From assembly GCA_963845755.1 (NCBI GenBank), contig CAWJTV010000009.1:256001-320000 (forward strand): DNA of 64,000 bases. The letters run 5' to 3'. Positions within the stretch are counted from its first letter, which is position 1. The number at the start of each line of letters is the position of its first letter. The position numbers and the translations under genes were made by a program. The notes below the pieces were generated by a model. It worked only from the letters and a program-made list of their open reading frames with translations. It ran no database searches and was not told the DNA's origin. Source of the stretch: an uncultured Planctomycetota bacterium. GTDB taxonomy: Bacteria > Planctomycetota > Planctomycetia > Isosphaerales > Isosphaeraceae. Positions 54,508 through 64,000 of the stretch are shown here, piece by piece.

Positions 54508-54715
54508 CTTAGGCGTAACTCATTTTCAGAAAAAAGTTGTAACGTGATGGTTTTCCCGTCGATAGTGCTCAGGATGTTATGAGGCTGGGTCCATGTGGCT
54601 TGATTTGAGGCTATATTCTCTATCAATATTACATGTTAATATCTGCAATAATTTAGAATACGTCTGGCGATCCGCGCTTAAACTCCAATGACATAAGCTG
54701 TTACGCCTAAGCTAG
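54504..54715. mobile_element. Third MITE type, AT-rich and CTAG-flanked
   Basis: Perfect 16-bp IR CTAGCTTAGGCGTAAC (54504-54519) / GTTACGCCTAAGCTAG (54700-54715). Confidence 0.8.
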
Positions 54716-55016
54716 TGCCATTCGTCGATCCGACCGACGCGACCAATCGCGTGCTCGATGCTTCGGTGTCGTGGGACCGGAGTGCGCAAGGCAGCCGCTC
54801 CATGGCACCGCGTCCGTGGTCGATCCGGCTGCAAAGCGACATAGGTGACGCCGGATACATCCGGACCGTCCCAACGTGCTACGATGGTCAATGCCGTCAG
54901 TTGGCCACAATGCGACGAGCGGATCTCGCGACCGAGAGCCGGCGCATGGCCACTTCGGACTTCACAATCGGACAAAGCGCTGTCCCGACGACCCACGTAC
55001 AAAGCGGAGTACCTCG

Positions 55017-55547
55017 ATGAAAAGTGCAGCGACGACTGTGGAGGCGTACCTGGCGACGTTGCCGGAGGATCGGCGGAGGGCGATCGAGGTGGTGCGGAAG
55101 GTGATTCTGGACAATCTGGACGAGGGGTATGAAGAGGGGATTCAGTACGGGATGATCGGATACTACGTCCCGCACCGGGTGTATCCGGCGGGGTATCACT
55201 GCGACCCGAAACAGCCCTTGCCATTCGCCGCCCTTGCGTCTCAGAAGGGGTACATGTCGGTGTACCTCATGTGCATCTACGGCCATGAGGCGCTCCGGTC
55301 CTGGTTTGAAGATGCGTGGGCAAAGGCTGGAAAGAAGCTGAACATGGGCAAGTCGTGTGTGCGGTTCAAGAAACTCGACGACCTGGTGCTCGATGTGGTC
55401 GGCGAGGCGATCCGCCGGGTGCCGGCACGGAAGTACATTGAATACATGGAATCCGCCCGTGCGGCGGCGGGGGCAGGAAGAGGGAAGCCGAGCAAGACCG
55501 AGGCCGTTCCTCAAGCCCGCACGTCGACGAAGCGCAAACGATCGTAA
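55017..55547 (+). CDS. DUF1801 (YdhG-like) protein
   Basis: TTVEAYLATLPEDRR...YEEGIQYGMIGY...LASQKGYMSVY...NMGKSCVRFKK. Confidence 0.88.
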   Translation: MKSAATTVEAYLATLPEDRRRAIEVVRKVILDNLDEGYEEGIQYGMIGYYVPHRVYPAGYHCDPKQPLPFAALASQKGYMSVYLMCIYGHEALRSWFEDAWAKAGKKLNMGKSCVRFKKLDDLVLDVVGEAIRRVPARKYIEYMESARAAAGAGRGKPSKTEAVPQARTSTKRKRS

Positions 55548-56225
55548 GCACCTCACTCTGACTCGGCCTTGTGGCCAGGCGTTCATAATGAGGGTGCTCC
55601 AGAAATGTCCTGATCCGCAGCCTGCTCGCGCGCTTCGGTCTGATCGACGAATGGGTGCGCCGTGGCAAAGGTTGGTCCGGTCCTGTCGGGAATGCCCCGA
55701 CCCCGCTGGAAGACGGCGGGTAAAACGTTCCGCTGACCTTCGACCGAAAGGATCGAGGGGACAACAGCATGCGGATGAAGCGACGTGAGACCCAGCGTCA
55801 AGGGGCCGAAAGACGTTCGCGAATTAGACTTCACCCTCGTCTCGGGCAACGGCGCTCGTGCTCCCGTCCTCGGCGACCTCCAGCAGTTCGTCCCGGGTGC
55901 AGGACCTCGGGGACGAACGCGTGGAGTCCACTCTGATCGACTTCTCCGACAACGGCCTTCCTCGTCCCGTATTTGCACGTCCCCTGTGTATGGCCAAGCG
56001 AGCACCAGTTGGGGCGGCGAAATCCCAGGGCCCCGGCCCTCTTTTCGGTTCTTGATGAATGAATATCGACCTCTGGTCTCTTTCCCGGGGAGGATGGTTG
56101 TCGCGTTGGACGATAGCCTGAGCGCCGGCTTTGCCATAAGTAAAGAGGAGTCATTACCCAGACGAGGCCCGGCCGGGATGGGGTCCGGTCCCCGCCTCGC
56201 CGTCCTCGACCCGGAGACGAGATTG

Positions 56226-56987
56226 ATGGATTCGCTGCTCACTGCTCTGATCACCCTGGCGTGCCTGTGCGCCGGCACGGTCCTCGGTTCGCTAATTCGG
56301 AGCCGACTGCCCGATCACCACCTTCGCGACGATTCAAAGGACGTCGTCAAGGCTGCCTCCGGCATGATCGCGACACTCGTCGCGCTGGTCATCGGCCTGC
56401 TGGTCAGCTCGTCCAAATCGTCGTTCGACCAGGCGAATTCCGGGGTGACCCAGATGGGCGCGAAGATCATCCTACTCGACCGCGCGCTCGTGCGTTACGG
56501 GCCGGAGACCAGGGCGATCCGAGAGCGGATGCGTGAGGAGATCGCGACCAGCATTGAGCGCCTGTGGCCAACCGGACGGGGTCTGAAGCCGAGCCTCGCT
56601 GCGGTCGAGCACGGGGCAGGCATGGATGACGTCCTGGACATGATCGAGCAGCTCGTGCCCCCGGACGAGGCGCGTTGCGCCATTCGGTCGCACTCCCTCC
56701 AGACCTGCAGCGAGCTGGTGCATTCGCGCTGGCTGATGATCGAGCAGTCTCAGACCACACTGCCAACGGTCTTCCTCGGGATGTTGATCTTCTGGCTCAC
56801 GGTGCTGTTCGCCAGCCTCGGCTTACTCGCCCCGCGCAACCGGACGACGTGGAGCTGCTTGTTTGTATGTGCGGTGTCGATGGCTGGCGCAATCTACCTG
56901 ATCCTGGAGATGAACCGCCCAATCGAAGGTGCGGTCCAAATCTCACCCGCGCCGCTCCAGAAAGCCCTCTCGGTGATCGGCAAGTAG
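56226..56987 (+). CDS. DUF4239-like membrane protein
   Basis: LPDHHLRDDSKDVVK...GMIATLVALVIGLLVSS...YLILEMNRP. Confidence 0.8.
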   Translation: MDSLLTALITLACLCAGTVLGSLIRSRLPDHHLRDDSKDVVKAASGMIATLVALVIGLLVSSSKSSFDQANSGVTQMGAKIILLDRALVRYGPETRAIRERMREEIATSIERLWPTGRGLKPSLAAVEHGAGMDDVLDMIEQLVPPDEARCAIRSHSLQTCSELVHSRWLMIEQSQTTLPTVFLGMLIFWLTVLFASLGLLAPRNRTTWSCLFVCAVSMAGAIYLILEMNRPIEGAVQISPAPLQKALSVIGK

Positions 56988-57221
56988 CCGAAACGTCTTC
57001 AGGCGATTGCTGACCGCCGAGTTGGCGAGTCTGGGGGCCTCTCGACATCGCGCGCCATTCGGATGGACAACGGATGCAAGACGCCGGCCGGCAGCTTGCC
57101 GATTTCCGGAACGTGCCGTTCTTCGATCAGTAAGCGCCGAGTTCAGGCGAATGAGTCGCGTCGGAACAGGGTAAGGGCTCGGAGAAGCCATTGCTGGGGT
57201 GCGGGGGGGGACAGCCGGAGT

Positions 57222-60200
57222 TCATTTCTGTGGCGCCTCGCGTCCCCGGATTTCCGGACCAATTCGGGGACTCGTGGGCGGAATCAGTACTTCCGCCTCG
57301 CGGCGCAGGACGAGCGATTCCAGCCAGTTGTGGTAGTGCAACCCTAACTCCATTTCGACCCGGGCCGGCATCCCGTCACGGTACTGGTCGAGCCACGACT
57401 GGGCCTTGTCCAGCCATCGCAGTGCCTCCTCGGCCTTCCCGAGGCGCTGATTGGCCAGGACCAGCCACAGCCAGTTGAGCACCGCACGGCCCGACTTGGG
57501 GTCGGCCCGCAGGCTCTGCTCGAACAAGGGCACCGCCTGCGGGAACTGGCCGGCCCGGTACGCCAGGGCCCCTTGTTCGGTCAGGGACCAGAACTCTCGG
57601 GCGTTGGCCTCGAGTTCCGCCTTGGCCAGGCGGCCGGGCAGCGTCGCGTCCTCGACGGCGTCGGGGGCCAGGGTGCAGGCGCGGGCCACGTGGTAGGCCC
57701 GCGGGCCCCCGGCCTTGCCACACGCCTCGATCATGTGGGCGCAGGCCCGGGCGTAGCCCGGGCGATCGCAGGTGAGCAACAACAGGGCGGCGTACTCGAA
57801 CCAGACGTGACAGTCGTTTCTCGGGCCGCGCTCGATGGCCCGCGCGAAGCCGTCGGCGGCCTGGGCCCAGTCCCGGTGGGCGGCGGACGCGCGGCCTTGC
57901 CCCAGGGGGTCGGTGGCCAGAGATGCCTCCAGATCCGCCCAGAGGCGCCGCCACTGCTGGCGCTCGGCGTCGGGCAAATTCGCCAGCACCGCCTGGTCCC
58001 GGACGCTGGCCAGGTCGGCCTCCGTCCGCCAGGTCGTGAACCTCCAGCCGGCGACCTGCCGTCTCGCAGCAGTTTAGCCCCCAGGTCCAGGTCGGCCCGC
58101 AGCCAATCCAGCGCCGGCCGGCGCAGGCCGGCGCGCTCCGGCTCGCCGAGCCGCGACTCGTCGGAGCCCAGGTTGGTGGCCCGGGCGGCGGCATAGCGGT
58201 GGCCGCTGCCCAGGTCGTCGGCCAGGTCCGGTCGGGCGGCGAAGGCCGCGGCGTACAGGCCGGCTGCGGCGTGCGGCCGGCCGTATTCCAGGCACAAGCG
58301 GGCCAACTCCAGTAGTTCGGGCGCGGCGGGCCGCTCCTTCCCCTGGAGGAGCGCCTGCAGGCGGGTGTCGAGGGCGAGCATTCGCTCGCACAGATTCAAC
58401 TTCTCCCACAAGGCCGGTCGGCCAGACTCCTCGGTCAGGACCGCGTCGCGGCCGCGACGGACGACCGTGCGGGCCTCGGCGAAGCGGCCGCTCTGGAGCA
58501 GCGCCTCGGCCAGGCTCTCGTGCCTCAGGCCCGCCTTGGATTCGAGCTGGATGGCGCGGCGGAATTCGGCCATCGCCTCGTCGAGCCGGCCCTGGTCCTG
58601 CAAGAACAGGCCGAGGAAATAGTGGTACTGGCCCCTGCATTGGCTCGAGTTCGACGGCCTTGCGGCAGGGCCGGAACGCCTCGTCCCCTTGTCCCAGGCG
58701 CCCCAGGGCGGCGCCGACTTCGAGGTGGACCGCAGCCACCGTTGGCCGCGTCTTCAGGGCGGCCCGGTAGAAGCCCACTGCCTCCGCCGGCTTCCGCTCC
58801 CGCAGGGCCTCGCCCAGGGCGTAGTTGAGCCAGAAGTCCTCCGGGTGCCGCCCCTGGGCCGCCCGCAGCAAAGGCTCGGCCTGCCTGTCCTGCTGCCCGA
58901 GTCTCTTCGCCAGCAGCGTCACAAGCGGGGTCGGCGGCCCGCTCTCGGCTGCCGCTCCGGCCAGCCGCTGCTCCGCCTCTCCTGCCAGGCGCCGGAGCGC
59001 CTCGTCGTCCTCCCACAGCGCCGGATCGCGGAAGCGGTCGCCCCATTGGGGGTCCGCGTCGGCGCGCCGAGCCAGGCGCAGCAGCCGTGCCATCCACGGC
59101 CGGTCCTCGAGCGCGTCGGCCACAGAAGCCCAATGGTCCAGGGCCATCACCAGTTGCGGCCGCAGCTCGGAGGCACCGATCCGGCCGGCCACGGCCCCCT
59201 CTTCCCCCCGGACGTCCAGGCCCGCGTCCTCGAAGGCGCAGCGCGTAGGCGTCGGCCATGCCCCGGTAGTCGAAGCGGCTGGCCTCGATCGACGGGGTCA
59301 GCCGGATCCGCTCCAGCGCCGCCGCCAGCCGCAGGTCCTCGTCCGCCTGGACCAGCCGCCGCCGCAGGTCGTCCGAGCCGGCCTCGTCCAGACGGCTCCT
59401 GGCCTGCGCGAGGATGGCCTGCGCCTCCGGTCAGCGGCCCTGCTGCCGAAGGCCCGGGACCTTGGCCAACGCCGTCTCGACTGCCTCCCGCGCCCGCCCT
59501 GCCGCTCGGCCTGCTGTCGCTCCAACCACAGCCTGCCGCCGACCGTGAGGATGAAAAAGGCCAGAAGCGCCGCCTGCAACCCCGCCGTCGTCGGCTTGCG
59601 TCGGCCCCAGCGCCACAACCGCCCTCCCCAGCCCAGAGGCCGGGCCTGGATCGGCCGCCCCTCTATGAAGCGCGTCAGGTCGTCGGCCAGCGCCGCGGCG
59701 CTGGCGTAGCGACGCTGCGGCTCCTTGGACAGGCACTTCAAACAGATCGTCTCCAGGTTGCGCGGCACTTTCGGGTTCAATCGCGCGGGGGATACCGGCT
59801 CGTGATTGAGGACCTGCCGCTCGGTTTCGGACGCCGTCTCGCCTCGGAACGACGGCCTTCCGGTGAGCAGTTCATAGAGGAGGGCGCCGAGCGCGTAGAA
59901 GTCCGCGGCCGGCCCGATCGTACCCGCCTTCCCGATCACCTGCTCTGGGGCCATGTAGCTGGGAGTCCCGATCCGAGTACCACTCAGGGTAAAGGCCGGC
60001 TCGCCGTCAAAGTGCCGCGCCAGGCCGAAATCGGCGACCTTGGATGTGCCCTCGGCCGTCAGCAGGATGTTGGCCGGCTTCAGGTCGCGGTGCACAATCC
60101 CGCCCCGGAGCGCCACCTGCACGGCCTCGGCCAGCCTGGCCACGAGCGCGGCCGCCTGGCGGCCGGCTGCGGCGTGCCGGCCAGGGCCTGGGACAGGCTG

Positions 60201-60694
60201 CTCCCCTCGAGCAGCTCCATGGTGAAGTACGGACACCCCTGGTGGTCGCCCACGTCGTGGACCTGCACGATGTTCGCGTGGTGCTGGCTGGCCGCCGCCT
60301 CCGCTTCGCGCTGGAACCGCGCCCTCTCCTGCGGCCCGGCGTAGGCGCCGGTGATCAGCATCTTGAGGGCGACGAGGCGGTTGAGCCGGAGGTGCCGGGC
60401 CTTGTAGACCAGGCCCATGCCCCCGCGCCCGAGGAGGGCCTCCACCTCATAGCGCGGTATCTGCGGCAGTTCATCGCCCGTATGCCGCGGAACGGAGGTA
60501 TCGGCGCCCGGGCCGGGGTCGGACCCCGGCGTCGGAAACAACGCATCGAGGTCCGCCTTGACGGCGCACATCTGTAGCCAGCGCCGGCGGACCTCGGGCA
60601 GCAGCTCGGGGCAAGCGGCGCAGACCTGCTCCGGAGTACACCCGGAGTCGCCGAGCACGTCGAGTAGCTCCAGCACTCGCGAATCGACAGCCAT
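57222..60694 (-). CDS. Ser/Thr protein kinase with TM and TPR extension; multiple frameshifts
   Basis: [40 protein letters not shown]-terminal TPR helices. Confidence 0.9.
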
Positions 60695-60764
60695 GACTGA
60701 GTTCCTCGATGCGGCTGTGCCAGGACTCCGACACCCAGAGAACGCACTCCCTGCCGGTCTCCAC

Positions 60765-61185
60765 CTAGATCGCGTCCGGCGGCTTCTCGCTCGGGCGGAG
60801 GTCGGCCAGTTGCTCCGCCAGGGGTCGCAGGCCGCGGCTCAACCGCCGCCTCACCGTCACCGCCGAAACGCCGAGCATCTGGGCGACCTCCGCCTGCGTC
60901 ATCCCCGGATCCGCCCCAGGTCGAAGACCTCCCGCTCCTCCTCCGGCAGCTCTTCGATCGCCCAGAGCATGCGGCGCCAGTCTGGGGTCAGGCCCGAGGC
61001 GCTGCTGGCCAGCGCCGGCATGAGCCCCTCCCACAGCACCGCGGCGGCCGGCTGCTCATCTAAGCGTCGGGCCAGGTCGTTCCGCTCCCAGGCGCATATG
61101 CTGGTTGGCCAGCGCGAAGAACTGCCGCACTGTCCGGGGGCGGACTTCGCGCAGCGCCTTGAGGAGCCGTTCCGCCACGGCGGTT
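60765..61185 (-). pseudogene. 5'-truncated kinase-associated ECF sigma factor
   Basis: AVAERLLKALREVRPRTVRQFFALANQHM...LPEEEREVFDL...MTQAEVAQMLGVSAVTVRRRL; the sequence upstream is unrelated. Confidence 0.75.
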
Positions 61186-62161
61186 ACCGGCAGAGGGAGC
61201 AAAAGACGACCGAGTACGCCCTCGAATAGTCTATCACCGGGCGGCATTCGATGTGGATGTCTCGGCCACCGCCCGGGTCGCCGCCTCCATCGAATCGGTG
61301 TCGCCGTCCACGATGCGTTCGATGAGCGCGATGAGCGGTCTGATGAAGGGACGTCGTTCGGCCGGGTGCATCGGCAGTAGGGTTGCGGCGACGCCCCGCA
61401 CCAGGCGGCCGGATCTTCGGATTGACTCGTCCACGGTCGTCCTCGATGGCGAGGCGAGGGGGCTCGGGCGAGACACCGCCAGGCCTATAGTACGACCCTC
61501 ACCGAGGCAACCAGGATAGGCTGGGACGGAGTCACACAGCAAGGCCATGAGGTGGATCGCGCGAAGAAACGATGAAAAAATCCAGCGGGCCGGCCGGCGA
61601 CACACCAGGTCGTGCTCCGGGCCGTCGTCAATCACCAGGTGTGCTAGTGCTCTGTCACAGCTAAAAGTTAGGGTTGGGGGCTTTCCCCAAAAAGAAGATG
61701 ATGTCGGGGACAAAGGAGGTTCCCCGTGAACAAAAAGTATATCGTTCGGCTGACGGATCAGGAACGGACCGAGTTGGCGGCCGTGATCAAGAAGTTGAAG
61801 GGGACAAGCGAGAAGGTACGGCGTGCCCAGATCTTGCTCAAGGCGGACGCGGACGGCCCAAACTGGACCGACCAGCGGATCGCCGAGGCATTCGGATGCC
61901 GAACCAAGAGCGTGGAGAACATCCGTCAGCGTCTCGTGGAGCGAGGCTTTGGCGAAGCGCTGGACCGCAGTAAGCGTGAGACACCACCGGTCGAGAAGTT
62001 GCTCAGCGGGGAGCAGGAAGCTCGGATCATTGCCACGCGACTGGGATCGCCTCCCCCGGGCTATGCCAACTGGACATTGCGCCTGCTCGCGCGCAAGGTC
62101 GTGGAGTTGGGGATCGTCGAGTCCGTGAGTTACGAAACCGTGCGGCGTACGCTAAAAAAAA

Positions 62162-63863
62162 CTAGGCTGGCAAAAGTGGCTGGAAAGCCCTCCGGGAGCG
62201 TAGAAAGAGGAGATCGAACCCCGGGAGGAATCCACCCATGCGCAAACGACGACAACGACCACGCCCGCAACCGGACCGGGCCCTGACCCTGACGCCGGTC
62301 CTCTTGACTGCCCCGAATGCCAGCACCGGACCTATGCCGACTACAATAACTATCGCACCATCAGTACTCTCGACGGCGTCTTCCGACTGACCCTGACCAT
62401 CCGACGCTGCCCCAATCCCACCTGCTCCCGCTTCCTCCGCCCCTACCGGCCCGAGGCCGAGCCCCACTTCGCCTTGCCCTATCATGAGTTCGGCCTCGAC
62501 GTCATGGCGCTGGTCGGCCGGCTCCGCTATGCCGAGCACCGCAGCATCCCCGAGATCCACCGCGAGCTCACGCACCGCGGGCTCATCCTGGCCGAACGCA
62601 CCGTCACCAACCTGTTGGACCGCTACGACGAGCTGCGGTCCCTGGCCACGGCCGATCCCCAGCGACTCGGTCCGCTGTTGCGCCCGCAGGGCCGCGTCAT
62701 CCTGGCCATCGACGGCCTGCAGCCGGATGTCGGCCACGAGGTCCTCTGGGTGCTGCGCGACTGCCTCTCCGGCGAGATCCTCCTGGCCAAGAGCCTGCTG
62801 TCGTCCACGGCCCAGGACCTGGCCGGCCTGATCGACCAGGTGCGGAAGGTCCTGCCGGTGCCGATCACCGGCGTGGTCTCCGACGGTCAGGAGAGCATCC
62901 GCAACGCCGTGGCTATCGCCCTCAAAGGTGTCCCCCATCAGCTCTGCCATTTCCACTACCTCCGCGAGGCGGCCAAGCCGATCTACGAGGCGGATCGCCA
63001 CGCCAAGAAGGAGTTGAAGAAGCGGGTGCGGGGCATCCGGAAGATCGAGCGTGCGGCGGAGAAGGAGCTGGAGGACGACGCGGAGGACGCGGAGGCGGAG
63101 GTGGTGCGGGACTACTGCGCCGCGGTGCGCGGGGCCTTGACCGACGACGGACTGCCACCGCTTTCGGCCTCCGGGCTGAAGCGGCAGGATCGATTGAGCC
63201 GGATTGCCGCCAACTTGGACGATGTCGTCGCCAAGGCGGGCGACCTGCCCGGGGGTTTGAAACGGCTGAGGCAATTGCTGCGGCGCGGGCTGGAGGAGAC
63301 GGCCGCGCTGTTCCCGGCGGTGCGCGAGTCGTACCAATGGGTCAAGCGCGCCGCCCGGATCCTCAAGAACGAGGAGGGGCTGCCGGCGAAGAAGGTGCGA
63401 CGGCGGATGGTGCAACTGCTGGCGCGAATGCGCCGGGCGGTGGCGACGACGGACGAGCCCGCGGTGCGGGCGGGTTTGAAGCAGTTCGTGAAGGTGACCC
63501 GGAGCTACTGGCCGGGCTTGTTTGCCTGCTACGAGTCGTCGGATCTGCCGCGGACGAATAACGACCTGGAGCACACCTTCGGCAGTCATCGCTACCACGA
63601 GCGCCGGGCCAGCGGTCGGCGTCGGGGGTCGCCGGGCCTGGTGGTGATGGGCTCGGCGCGGGTGATCTCGGGGCTGGCGACGCGGCTGCGGCCGGACGAA
63701 GGCTTGGTGTTGAGCCCGGGCTATGTTGAGGATTGGAAGGGACTGCGCGGAACTGGAGGTGCGGCGGGAATCGCGGCGGAAGCAACGCCGGTTCCGCCAC
63801 AATCCCGATGCCTACCTCAAGGACTTGGAGCACCGCTGCCTCCAGCTAACTTTGCCAGCCTAG
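62162..63863 (+). mobile_element. Mutator/IS256-superfamily-like IS with 7-bp (A7) target duplication
   Basis: TIR CTAGGCTGGCAAA / TTTGCCAGCCTAG; A7 on each side, compared with the single A8C run in the intact IS630. Confidence 0.88.
62238..63863 (+). CDS. Mutator-like DDE transposase with N-terminal Cys motifs; frameshifts
   Basis: ILAIDGLQPD, VVSDGQ, QLCHFH (CxxH) and PRTNNDLEHTFG; the TAG stop lies within the right TIR. Confidence 0.82.
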
Positions 63864-64000
63864 AAAAAAACGGCATGACCAACCGTAAGCTTGAGTACTG
63901 GGTCATCCCGCCCAAGGCCGACGGCGAGTTCGTAGCCAACATGGAGGAAGTGCTGGAGACCTACGCGATACCTTATAATCCCGCCCGTCCGGTGCTGGGC

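Larger units (their letters stand above)
61644..64000 (+). mobile_element. IS630 copy 2 (inverted relative to copy 1); interrupted and running off the window
   Basis: Same end CTAGTGCTCTGTCACAGCT and same orfA (MNKKYIVRL...); orfB (MTNRKLEYW) resumes after 63870. Confidence 0.93.

Noticed and set aside
1..64000. rRNA, tRNA (including tRNA-Sec), reverse transcriptase/DGR, riboswitches
   Set aside because: None recognised by eye; a covariance-model scan would be needed to exclude them.

Overview
A GC-rich bacterial window whose gene content points to a planctomycete, probably Isosphaeraceae-like. The pointers are an LEGRLVLA-motif protein, ECF sigma factors with long extensions, Ser/Thr kinase-TPR proteins and a giant prepilin-like-leader protein. 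Many otherwise intact genes carry single-base frameshifts, which could be long-read indel errors or real decay. Left to right: a selenocysteine formate dehydrogenase operon (fdhA-Sec/FeS/NrfD) with a clear SECIS; a broken PAS-GAF hybrid histidine kinase; a di-haem peroxidase; a sigma70 / HemA-dimer-like / ~2000-aa pilin-like-leader gene block split by an IS4; an ECF-YciI-VOC cluster with three copies of a candidate promoter; a TetR-SDR oxidoreductase cluster; a MarR-MATE-RND efflux cluster; and a kinase-ECF locus. The most striking structure is a set of CTAG-targeting mobile elements: two autonomous ISs (an IS630 and an unclassified IS1380/IS4-like element) and three MITEs, two of which share termini with those ISs. 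Three elements are stacked end to end at shared CTAG sites, and a Mutator-like IS sits exactly inside the frameshift slippery site of a second IS630 copy. All family calls come from motif recognition; no database searches were run.
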